Shown here: piece after piece, positions 20,389 to 29,365 of the stretch | How positions within the stretch are numbered: the stretch's first letter is position 1 | Layout of the letters: each line of letters opens with the position of its first letter | DNA from: Bacteroides uniformis | Lineage (GTDB): Bacteria > Bacillota_I > Bacilli_A > RFN20 > CAG-826 | Reading direction: 5' to 3' | DNA: 64,000 nt | Assembly (NCBI GenBank): GCA_963641445.1 | Contig: CAVIBR010000002.1 | Location: 51,656-115,655 of the forward strand | The notes under the pieces: model-generated | Seen by the model: the letters and a program-made list of their open reading frames with translations, nothing else | Database searches by the model: none | Told to the model about the DNA's origin: nothing | Position numbers and translations under genes: made by a program

Positions 20389-23004
20389 TCAAGCCCAAGT
20401 TTCAACATAGGTTGCTAATGCTGTTGAATACGGGATTTCTTCGCTATAAGCAGTTGCTGCGCCAAGAGTGAGTTTCCAAGCTGCATCTTGTGAGTTATGC
20501 AAATGAACTTCTCCATCTTTTTCGGTAGCAATTCCAGCTGCTTTTAAGTCAATAACTACTGTTACAGGGTCTTTTGTTAACTTATCGGTAAGAGTAATTG
20601 GGCTGCCATCAACGTTCTTAAGAAGCTCTGCATTATCCTTCGCCCAGATTGTCTTTCCTGCTGCTTCAACACGGAATTGAGATAAGTCAGAGGAAGAATC
20701 TTCACTAGACATAGCGATGTAGATCTTGTCGGTATGAGCAGTTGCTTTCCAGCCTCCGCAATATCCATATCCAGCAGCAGCTTCAACATTATTTGCACCC
20801 ATAGCATCAAATGAAATGCCTTTAGCTGCAGCAAAGATATTTGTAAAAGTGACTGTACCCGCACCATCTCCGCCAACATGTACGTGGGTAAATCCATCTC
20901 CTTCTGTCGGGAAGGTGCTGATATCCACATAATATGTTGTATCTTCTTCAGGGATAATGGTGTCTTTGTTTACTTTGCTTCCTTTCGTATCGTAAACATC
21001 AACTTCGTCTTTATTAATCCATTTTGTCTCACCATTGAGTTGGAAGCGGAATGTTGCAAATGTCGCGTCTTTTCCATCTCCTTTTACGGTGAAACCAACG
21101 TATTTAGCATCTAATGCTTTACCGACGTTACCAGCATATTTATAACCAGCTAGATCAATATCTGGTGTTGTATCAGTCCATCCATCAAGGACTTTTGCTG
21201 CACTAAATGCATTGGCATAGAAGATTGATGAGATGGAAATGGCTTTTTCACCAGAGTAGTAGATGTTGATTAAATCGTCAGCTTGAACGTTATGGTAATT
21301 TAGATCAACGACGTACCACGTGTATCCATCTTCTGTTAGATATGGGCTTGCAAAATTAGCATCGCCATAAGTCTTGACTCCTTCCATTGCCATAGCGGAG
21401 TTAAACCAAATTGCAGTTGCTGAACCCATTTCGAAACGGAAGGTAGATAAATCTGCGCCTTCTTCTCCTTTGATTGAGAAAACGATGTATTGAGCATCAG
21501 CAAATGTATGGGTTGAGCCAATTGTTACTTCATCATATCCTTCAGTTACGCCAGGAAGATGGAGAGCTCCTCCACTTGTAGAAATATTTGCTCCATTGGA
21601 ATAGGAAACGAATCCGTTAATGCCTGCGGCAATATTCTTTTCGTTAGCAGCTGAAGCATCCCAATCTGAGTCTAAAGAAGTAATATCACGTTCGAAGTTA
21701 TCAAAAGTTACCGCACTTTCAGCGTTGATATTTGGATATTTCTTATCAAGAACAGGTTCTTCAAAACTGGTTCCAAAAACATTTGCAATCATCAATTCAT
21801 TCTTGCCATCGTTCTTGATTGTGACGGTTTTGATATTTGCATCAGCTGGACCGGCAAATGTTGAAAGATCAATTGCAATAGAAGCAAAGATACCATCAAC
21901 AGTATTAACGACTGCATTATCGGTTTTTGCTTTAAGATCTTTGAAAGCTAATGCTTTTACGGTGTTAGCTGCATCATCATATGCGACTTCAACGCTACTT
22001 CCACTCATATCGCCAAGTGCTTCAAAGACAATATGTGAATATCCTCTTTGTTTTTCGCTTAAGACTGGTGTGGTGTATTTCTTGCCATTAGAGATTTCAA
22101 CGCCTTTACGGACTAAAACTGCATTCGCGCAATCTGTTGGACCCCAATATACGTTTGGATTTCCTGTAATTGTCGAACGGTTGAAATCGTCAATAATGAC
22201 TGTTGAATCGCCTTTGCTATAGGAAACTTCAGCAATTTCAATAACCGCAGACACTTCGATTCCACTCTTAACATATAAATGGAAACCTGTTGCTTCGGAA
22301 AGAACCTTTAATTGAGTTTCTGGGAAGAGGGTGTCTTCATCTCCGACCGATTCCGAAACCGAAACGGAAATGGTTTGGAATTCGTTTGTTAATTCTGGGA
22401 GAGCTTCTTGCTCACTATCAAGAGCATCGCCAAGATTAATTGGATACACGTGTCCGCTATTATCATCGCTTGGACGGATGCCAAGAATAAGATCTTTGAT
22501 GGAAAGCTTTCCGCTAGCAACGCGCATCTTGAAGTTGATTGATGATTGGCCAATAAGAGTTTTATCTCCGCCAAATGTCGCACTTGCCATCTTATATATG
22601 GCTGAATCAGGCGTGATTTGGAAGCTTTCTAAGTTGCTATCAACAACTTCTCTTAAATATGCCTTATGAGTTACTCCGTCAGTAGTTCCAAGAAGAGATT
22701 CGCCAGAGAAATCCTCGATGATCGTGTCGAAACGTTCGTCGTAATTACGAGTAATAGCCCCTTCCGCTAAAGTCTTATTAAGCCCTGCTCTATGAGTGAC
22801 TGGATCAGTTTTTGAACTACTCGTATCTTGTTGTTCAGATGAACTTATTGGAGTTTCGCTTGAAGATGCTGGAGGTGGAGTTACAGATGAGGTTGGAGAG
22901 TTTGATGAGGAAGATTGATCAGGTTTATTATCCGGACTGCAAGCAGCCAAGATCATGCCAACGCTAAATGGCAACATGACCAACAATAATTTTTTCCCTT
23001 TCAT
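20389..23004 (-). CDS. Large surface lipoprotein (871 aa) with an S/T/P-rich linker, unknown function (likely glycan-binding or surface component of the utilisation locus)
   Basis: MKGKKLLLVMLPFSVGMILAACSPDNKPDQSSSSNSPTSSVTPPPASSSETPISSSEQQDTSSSK... is a lipobox followed by a low-complexity linker, then about 750 aa rich in predicted beta structure. RBS AGGA. Co-oriented and adjacent to the beta-helix/discoidin lipoprotein. Confidence 0.55.
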   Translation of the reverse strand: MKGKKLLLVMLPFSVGMILAACSPDNKPDQSSSSNSPTSSVTPPPASSSETPISSSEQQDTSSSKTDPVTHRAGLNKTLAEGAITRNYDERFDTIIEDFSGESLLGTTDGVTHKAYLREVVDSNLESFQITPDSAIYKMASATFGGDKTLIGQSSINFKMRVASGKLSIKDLILGIRPSDDNSGHVYPINLGDALDSEQEALPELTNEFQTISVSVSESVGDEDTLFPETQLKVLSEATGFHLYVKSGIEVSAVIEIAEVSYSKGDSTVIIDDFNRSTITGNPNVYWGPTDCANAVLVRKGVEISNGKKYTTPVLSEKQRGYSHIVFEALGDMSGSSVEVAYDDAANTVKALAFKDLKAKTDNAVVNTVDGIFASIAIDLSTFAGPADANIKTVTIKNDGKNELMIANVFGTSFEEPVLDKKYPNINAESAVTFDNFERDITSLDSDWDASAANEKNIAAGINGFVSYSNGANISTSGGALHLPGVTEGYDEVTIGSTHTFADAQYIVFSIKGEEGADLSTFRFEMGSATAIWFNSAMAMEGVKTYGDANFASPYLTEDGYTWYVVDLNYHNVQADDLINIYYSGEKAISISSIFYANAFSAAKVLDGWTDTTPDIDLAGYKYAGNVGKALDAKYVGFTVKGDGKDATFATFRFQLNGETKWINKDEVDVYDTKGSKVNKDTIIPEEDTTYYVDISTFPTEGDGFTHVHVGGDGAGTVTFTNIFAAAKGISFDAMGANNVEAAAGYGYCGGWKATAHTDKIYIAMSSEDSSSDLSQFRVEAAGKTIWAKDNAELLKNVDGSPITLTDKLTKDPVTVVIDLKAAGIATEKDGEVHLHNSQDAAWKLTLGAATAYSEEIPYSTALATYVETWA

Positions 23005-23029
23005 TTTATTTTTCCTTTCTGAAAGTTAT

Positions 23030-25690
23030 TTATTTAACCCCATAAGCGCTTACTTCGGATAATTGCGCACCATATCCGCCAGGCGCATCGTTGGAGTAAA
23101 TAACGATTTTTAGATAACGACATTTAGCATTTCCCATATCGATAAGAACGCGATTTCCACTTTGAGGGTCGAAAAGATAATCTTGTCTTTCCTTAACGAT
23201 CGTGAAGCTTGTGCTTGAGCTGCTATATTCAAGATTGCTGTCGCTAACAAGAATTTCGATATTTTGGGTTCTTGCACTCCAAGTGAGGATTGGAGGTAGG
23301 CAAAGAACGAGTTTTTGTAAGGAATATACGTCGCCTAAATCAATTACGAGATAAGCTGGAAGAGACTTACTTTCATAGTAACTTGTTCCCGTTGGATCGC
23401 CATCAACCACTTTTCCAACTGGATATACATCGTTATGTTCAGTCGCATCGACAACGGATTTCATGTAAGTCAAAGATGGTGGATAGAACTCAATTTCACT
23501 AACGACATATTGTTTTGGTGAACGAATTCCTTCCGTTTTCACAAAACGAAGTTGCAAGCCAGCAAAGTCTTGTGTTGGCAAGTTGATATCAACAACATTG
23601 CCATTCGCTGGAGACATCGTGTAAGACTTTGTCGTTACCAAACGAGTATATTTTTCACTCATTTCCGTTGATCCGGTCTTCTTTTTTCTAGCCCATATTT
23701 GAATGCTATAGGTAAGACTATATTCATTATCTTGATCGCCATATAGACGGATGACTCCAACATTTGTGACGGCCGAGAAATCAAGAGTTAACGTTGCAAA
23801 TTCATTATCTTCACCTTTCCATTCGCCAGAGATGTATTTTGTTGATTTATCTCCATCGAAGGCATAGCTTGCTTTGCTTCCAGGAGCAAGGAAATCACCG
23901 CTTCCATCATCACCTGGGGTTGTTGTTTTTGTTCCAGCGCCATGCGTGGCAGAGGAATTTCCTCCAACTTCAGCTTTAACGCCAATGAAACTTGCTTCGC
24001 CTTTGTAGAAAGCGAATTCAGGAACTATAAGTCCTTCTTGAGAAATTGTTTTTACGCTTGTTTTGCTTACATTGGCATCCGTTAAAGCGGATTTGTATGG
24101 CAAATTGATATATGCTCCATGAACTTTTTCCATCTTTTGGAAAGTTAGGCCACTTACAAATTCATTTGTCGCTAATCCGAGTTCTTCTGCGCTTGTGATT
24201 TGTTTTCCTTCGATTTCAAGACCTTTGATTTCGATGTTTTTTAATGCACTATCAGAATCTTCTCCACGCATTCTTGCACATACGCTATCGGCCATTTTGT
24301 AGACTTTGACGTTTTCGATATGAATACCGTCTACCGATCCACGCTTATCACCACTTTTTGTCCAATCCGCGTTATATGCAATGGTGAAATCAATTAAAAA
24401 GTCGTTTTCTTTGTCTCCGCGATCATCACCAAGGCATTCTGCATCTTCGACTGTAATGTTTTTGTATGTGACATCACTTATCTTTGCCTGATCGCAATTA
24501 TGGAGTGAGATAACAGCTTTATGCATCGCATGAACAACAGTGATATTTTTAAATTTGATGTTATTCATTATTGGACCATATGTCTCATATCCAACTTCCA
24601 TTGATTGGGCTAAATCAGTCCAAACAACGACATCATGTATGTAAATATTGTTTGTTGAGCCCATCTCGGAGTTTTTAACAACGAGGGAATCATCCCATGT
24701 ACGGACATATCCTCCATTAACTTCAACATCAGAGCAGCTTTGGATGGAAATGCCATCTCCATTGCTTCTAGCAGTAATGATTTTTACGTTATTTACTTTG
24801 ACATTTTCACATTTCCAGAGGTGAAGAGTCCATCCGGCTGGGTCAAAGAATACCACATCTTCAATCGTTAAGTTCTTAACATTTCTCATTACAACTGGAA
24901 TGGTGTATTCATTAGAACTATTTCTATTATAAATGCTTCCGGAAACGATGCCTCTTCCACGAATGGTAACATTACTGACTGCTTCCGCGGAGAATTGACC
25001 ATAAACATAGGCTCCACCAGCTAAATATATCGTCGTATTGTTTTTAATTGGAAAGACACCTGCATCATAAATTCCAGGGCCTACGTAGATGATATTTTCA
25101 TCTTTTTTAGCATCTTCTTCCGTTATAGGATCCTTTTCTATTGGGTTTGCGAATATTTGTATAGCGTTCTCACTATTATCGTTATATTCAAGGACGTAAT
25201 TTCCGTTATGAGTTAAATCAAAAGAAATTGTATGCTCATTAAATGTTGGTGAAATTCCATAAACGCTTGGACGAAGGATGGCACTTGTAATAACGGTTTC
25301 CTTGATTGTTACATCTAAATGGACCGTTCCTTCAAAATCAAAAATGACCGCTTGAGTCATAGTATTTGGTGCAGCCCAGGAAAAAACACGACCATGATTT
25401 ACGCGAGTTTCATATACGAATAAATCAATGTCGTTGACTTTGACACTTACGGATTTGGAGCTTTCTAATAAAGATGGTCCTTCGTAAGTTACAAGCTTTG
25501 TTGTTTTTACTTCATTTGTTGGAGTTATCAAAGCGTCAGGATCATAATGATCATTGCTTATTGAAGATTCAGATGATTGAGCCTCGCTTGATGAATCAAC
25601 AACTTCTCCACACGAGGTTAATCCAATAGCACCAAAAAGCATGAAAGCGCTTACTTCACGAAATGTTTTTGTCAAAAATGATTTCTTCAT
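23030..25690 (-). CDS. Surface lipoprotein: right-handed beta-helix glycoside-hydrolase-like domain plus two C-terminal F5/8-type-C (discoidin) carbohydrate-binding-like domains
   Basis: 886 aa. Lipobox ...MLFGAIGLTSCGEV. Beta-helix motif ARSNGDGISIQSCSDVEVNGGYVRTWDDSLVVKN is shared with the 9190-10914 paralog. The C-terminal about 300 aa shows two repeats with discoidin-like features (…YAFDGDKSTKYISGEW…; …VVDGDPTGTSYYESKSLPAYLVIDLG…). Confidence 0.6.
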   Translation of the reverse strand: MKKSFLTKTFREVSAFMLFGAIGLTSCGEVVDSSSEAQSSESSISNDHYDPDALITPTNEVKTTKLVTYEGPSLLESSKSVSVKVNDIDLFVYETRVNHGRVFSWAAPNTMTQAVIFDFEGTVHLDVTIKETVITSAILRPSVYGISPTFNEHTISFDLTHNGNYVLEYNDNSENAIQIFANPIEKDPITEEDAKKDENIIYVGPGIYDAGVFPIKNNTTIYLAGGAYVYGQFSAEAVSNVTIRGRGIVSGSIYNRNSSNEYTIPVVMRNVKNLTIEDVVFFDPAGWTLHLWKCENVKVNNVKIITARSNGDGISIQSCSDVEVNGGYVRTWDDSLVVKNSEMGSTNNIYIHDVVVWTDLAQSMEVGYETYGPIMNNIKFKNITVVHAMHKAVISLHNCDQAKISDVTYKNITVEDAECLGDDRGDKENDFLIDFTIAYNADWTKSGDKRGSVDGIHIENVKVYKMADSVCARMRGEDSDSALKNIEIKGLEIEGKQITSAEELGLATNEFVSGLTFQKMEKVHGAYINLPYKSALTDANVSKTSVKTISQEGLIVPEFAFYKGEASFIGVKAEVGGNSSATHGAGTKTTTPGDDGSGDFLAPGSKASYAFDGDKSTKYISGEWKGEDNEFATLTLDFSAVTNVGVIRLYGDQDNEYSLTYSIQIWARKKKTGSTEMSEKYTRLVTTKSYTMSPANGNVVDINLPTQDFAGLQLRFVKTEGIRSPKQYVVSEIEFYPPSLTYMKSVVDATEHNDVYPVGKVVDGDPTGTSYYESKSLPAYLVIDLGDVYSLQKLVLCLPPILTWSARTQNIEILVSDSNLEYSSSSTSFTIVKERQDYLFDPQSGNRVLIDMGNAKCRYLKIVIYSNDAPGGYGAQLSEVSAYGVK

Positions 25691-25747
25691 AGTGTTTTCC
25701 TTCTGACTAAATTATTTCACTTAGACAAACAAAATGAAAGAAAAATC

Positions 25748-25791
25748 GTTAACCGCTTAACTAAAACTAATTGTTATATCCTTAAGGATAT
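25748..25791. promoter_or_regulatory. Putative LacI-family operator(s) upstream of the 23030-25690 operon: GTTAACCGCTTAAC (25748-25761) and the perfect 16-bp palindrome ATATCCTTAAGGATAT (25776-25791)
   Basis: These dyad-symmetric sequences lie 57 and 100 bp upstream of the operon start codon (25690) and directly downstream of the lacI-family gene. A near-identical motif, GTTAACCTGTTAAC, is upstream of lacI itself. Confidence 0.4.
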
Positions 25792-25815
25792 ACTTTCTAA
25801 AAAATTTATTTATTT

Positions 25816-26853
25816 TTATGAAAGCCCTTTCTTGCTCTCGTGCTTAATCGTACTATTTCTGACCAAAATGCTGGATTCAATAACGTAGTTTTTCTTGCTT
25901 GTCGATTTGTTGTTAATCTCTTCAAGAATCGTTGTGGCGCTTAGTTTGCCTTTTTCTCTGATATCCTGGTGAACTGTCGTTAATGTTGGATGAATATATT
26001 GTGCTGGTTGGATATCATCGAAGCCAACGATAGATAGATCGTTTGGCAAGTTAACGCCTAATTCAAGCAAACGTCTTATTAATCCAATAGCAACGATATC
26101 AGCGTCCACTGCTACAGCGCTCATCAAAGAAAGCTTGTTCTTTATTGTTTCACCCATCGAATAGCCACCTTCTAATGTGGTAAGTGTGTGAAAAACAAGT
26201 TCTTTATTGATTGGGATATTGCTTTCTAACAAAGCTTTTTCATATCCGCAATAACGTTTGTAGTTAACAATTGACGTACTTGGACCACCAACAAAGCCTA
26301 TTTTCGTATGTCCAAGTTCAATTAAATGGCGAACGGCAAGATATTCTCCTCTTTCATCATCGATACGGATGTTGGTAAATGGTGCGGAATATTCTTCGTA
26401 AACATCAACTAAAACCGTTGGCGCATTCATTTCCGTCAAAGCTTTTTCCATATCTTTTGAAAGGGAACCTAAAACAACTATTCCATCTAATGCACGTGAT
26501 TTATACCAACGTTCGAATCCTGATACTGTTTGGTTGGAACACATGATTACGTCATATCCTTTTTCTTGAAGGGCTTCTTCAAAAGAGCCAAGGAACTCAC
26601 CATAGAAAGGATTATTGAAGAATGCCTCACTAGTCGCATTTAGTGGGAGAGCTATACCGATTAGATGGCTTTTCCCAGTTGAAAGAGAAACTGCCGCATG
26701 ATCACGCGTGTAGCCTAATTCATCCATAGCCTTATAGATGCGTTTCTTTGTTGCTTCAGAGACTTTTCCTTCTTTCCCATTAAGAACATAGGAAACTGCC
26801 GCACTAGAAACATTAACGTGCTTAGCTATGTCATAAATACTTGGTTTTTTCAT
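25816..26853 (-). CDS. LacI-family transcriptional regulator
   Basis: 345 aa. N-terminal HTH MKKPSIYDIAKHVNVSSAAVSYVLNG...TRDHAAVSLSTGKS, then a periplasmic-binding-protein-like sugar-binding fold. TATACT lies 7 nt upstream of the ATG with no SD (leaderless candidate). Confidence 0.9.
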   Translation of the reverse strand: MKKPSIYDIAKHVNVSSAAVSYVLNGKEGKVSEATKKRIYKAMDELGYTRDHAAVSLSTGKSHLIGIALPLNATSEAFFNNPFYGEFLGSFEEALQEKGYDVIMCSNQTVSGFERWYKSRALDGIVVLGSLSKDMEKALTEMNAPTVLVDVYEEYSAPFTNIRIDDERGEYLAVRHLIELGHTKIGFVGGPSTSIVNYKRYCGYEKALLESNIPINKELVFHTLTTLEGGYSMGETIKNKLSLMSAVAVDADIVAIGLIRRLLELGVNLPNDLSIVGFDDIQPAQYIHPTLTTVHQDIREKGKLSATTILEEINNKSTSKKNYVIESSILVRNSTIKHESKKGLS

Positions 26854-26939
26854 CGATATGAGTATAACGGTAAAGTTAATGAATTAACAAACAAAAAATT
26901 AGTAAATACGGGGATTATTGATGAAATAAACGCAATTTT

Positions 26940-26953
26940 GTTAACCTGTTAAC
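26940..26953. promoter_or_regulatory. Operator-like dyad GTTAACCTGTTAAC, about 87 bp upstream of the lacI-family start (putative autoregulation site)
   Basis: Same half-sites (GTTAAC) as the motif at 25748-25761. A further TAGTTAACC lies 5 bp downstream. Confidence 0.35.
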
Positions 26954-27197
26954 TAAATAGTTAACCTTGAAATTAAACGAGAATGCTAATTCTTTTTAAA
27001 TTCATAGCGAGCGAGATATGCACAAACGCGATTGCCGTGTGGCAAAAAATCATCCCCTAAACAGCAAATGATTATATATATTGCAACGAATATGAGTCAA
27101 ATAAACACCAATTTTGAAAAGTTTCGGTTTTATCGCATCTTTTTTGCTTGAAATTCCCAAAAGGTGCAATTAATGCCTCTTTAGATATACCGAAAAG

Positions 27198-28109
27198 GTG
27201 CAATTAACCATTTATCCTTTAGATTTTGAAGAGTTCCTATATAACTCAAATAGAATCCTATATAACGTCATTAAAGATGCGTACGAGAAGAAGGCGAAAA
27301 TCGATGAATCAATACATGAATTGGCTTTGAGGCAGTTTTACGATTATTTGGTCATTGGCGGTATGCCTGAAGTCGTAAATGAATTTTTAAAAACAAAATC
27401 ATATCAATCAGCAAAAGAAATACTGATTGACCTATATGACAATTACTTAGGGGATATGGAGTTATATCAAGCTAGTCCAGAATCGATTGTTTGTTCTAAG
27501 AAAGTTTTCGAAACAGTTTATTCTCAACTCAACAAGAAGTCTAAAAACTTCAAAACGTCTTTGATTGATAAGAATCTAAAAGGAAGGGATTTGCAAACTC
27601 CTATTGATTGGCTAACGCTTGCTTTTTTGGTAAATAAATCGTCGTTAGTAAAAGAAAAAGTATCCATCCCATTAATCAGCTCAAACGAATCGCTATTTAG
27701 ATTGTATTTGTCTGATATGGGCATGTTCACATATCAAAGCAGCATTAATCCAAAAGTATTTTTATCAAACGAAGGGATAAACACGCTTAGTGGAATATTT
27801 TTTGAGAATTATGTTGCGATAGAGTTAGTAAATTATGGATATGAACTATTCTATTGGAAAGGGAAGGGCGATTCTGAATTCGAATTTGTCATCGAAAGTG
27901 AATCAAGTATCATTCCTATAGATGTTAAGAAATCAAATGGAAAACTGAACTCACTTAAGAAATATACGGAACATAACACATTGAAATACGCAGTTAAAGT
28001 ATCAAAAAACAATTACGGATTTGATGAGGAAAACAAGATTTTGACAATACCATTTTATTTCCTTCCATTTTATTTAAAAGAACTCCGTAAGAAAGAAGAA
28101 ATAGATTGA
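27198..28109 (+). pseudogene. N-terminally truncated DUF4143 AAA-ATPase paralog (the P-loop half is missing). A likely gene remnant.
   Basis: 303 aa starting at a GTG. It aligns to residues from about 125 onward of the 408/409-aa paralogs (…YPLDFEEF… versus …MPLSTKEI…; shared …YLSDMGMFTY… region) and lacks the GxxGxGKST P-loop. 16-bp direct repeats AAAAGGTGCAATTAA at 27159-27173 and 27193-27207 flank the truncation point. Confidence 0.5.
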
Positions 28110-28276
28110 TCTAAATAAGCCTCGGTATGCTTATGCCTTATCACTCCCGTAAAATCGTTTAACTTGCAAAAACGCATTAAAAAGAAAATTAATGTGGATT
28201 TAGAATTAATTTAATTTTAAATATAGCGAGTATAAATATTCAAAAAATCTCAAATTCCCTTGCAAAAGCCCCCCCA

Positions 28277-29048
28277 TTAATTACCTTTCATAAACAGAAG
28301 ATCAGGCATATTATTGATTTCAATAATTGTTTTTAACTTTTCTGCAAATCCATTTGGATCTTGCATTTGATATTGCGCGTGATTATATCCGTCAAATACA
28401 GGGAAATTTGCATTTTGATAGGATTTCATGGCTGAATCGCGATACTTGAAATGGTCTTCAATATTATCAAATTCAAAATAGGCATGTTTTTGCAATTATT
28501 CAGAAAGAGGAGGAAACTCCTTCTTCTCTAATGAATCGCTTAGTTGACGACGTAAATTTCTATAGGTGAGATTTTTGCCTGCTTCAATGAAATAAGGCGA
28601 ATAATCATCGCGCCACATGATTTTCTTAAGAGTTTTCCTTTGTTCCAGTATAGGCTTTTGATCGCAAAATAAAGGAATAGAGTCATGATACGTCTTGTTG
28701 CTTTGCCAATTTGAGCAAATTACCCTCCATCAAAGAAGACATGTTCAACCTTATAATTTGTTTTAGAAAGAAAGGCTATAGCTAAATCTGTGCCAATCGA
28801 GGATGCAACAACTAAGGTTAAATCTTCAATTCCATTTTCTTTTAAGAATGTTTCTACCTATTTGACTTCATCTTCTTTGCTAATGTATTTTTGCCATTTG
28901 CAATAAACGGTTGACGTCGGCATGAAGCAAAAAATAATCATTTTCTCGAAATTATACTACACGCTCACCACTACCTCCGTTAACTCCCATCGCATGGAAA
29001 AATAAAATCGCTGGGTTCTCTTTATTTCCTATTGTTCTAAAATTCATA
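28277..29048 (-). pseudogene. Decayed alpha/beta-hydrolase gene (multiple frameshifts and stops)
   Basis: Minus-strand translation from the ATG at 29046-29048 gives MNFRTIGNKENPAILFFHAMGVNGGSGERVV*, a typical alpha/beta-hydrolase N-terminus, then a stop. Downstream fragments in other frames (…LTLVVASSIGTDLAIAFLSKTNYKVEHVFFDGG…, …MWRDDYSPYFIEAGKNLTYRNLRRQLSD…) end in the annotated 72-aa ORF (28277-28495). Confidence 0.55.
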
Positions 29049-29150
29049 ACTGCCCCCTGTTTGCTCATAAGCAAATATTATCAGTTAGTAATATAACTAT
29101 CAGTAAGATATTACGAACCGGATAATTTCATTGGCAGTTAAAAATGCATT

Positions 29151-29217
29151 TACTTCAAAGTCACTTCAATGTCTACTTCAAAGTCACTTCAAAGAAACAT
29201 TGAAGTACTTCAAAGTC
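29151..29217. repeat. Tandem direct repeats of TACTTCAAAGTCACTTCAA (two full copies plus a partial third), embedded in the 14-bp perfect palindrome TTGAAGTACTTCAA (29199-29212)
   Basis: Copies at 29151-29169, 29174-29192 and 29206-29217. Located about 150-215 bp upstream of the DUF4143 gene at 29366. TATAAT at 29323-29328. Confidence 0.5.
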
Positions 29218-29365
29218 TTTTTGAAATACTGATAGAATTGGCATGTTTATCTGCTTATTCATTTAGTACATCTGTGACTTTTGCTTTTTTTGTGGAAAAT
29301 AGCTTATATTTCCATTATAATCAATCCGAGAAAAATAAAGTCTACTTCAGAAAACTCGGTATTTT

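Noticed and set aside
21620-22222. 200-aa ORF on the plus strand inside the 871-aa lipoprotein gene (plus several other 60-120 aa antisense ORFs, for example 1458-1667, 5668-5928, 20577-20930, 32446-32808)
   Set aside because: Entirely antisense to well-supported long genes, low-complexity translations, no RBS. Typical shadow ORFs.
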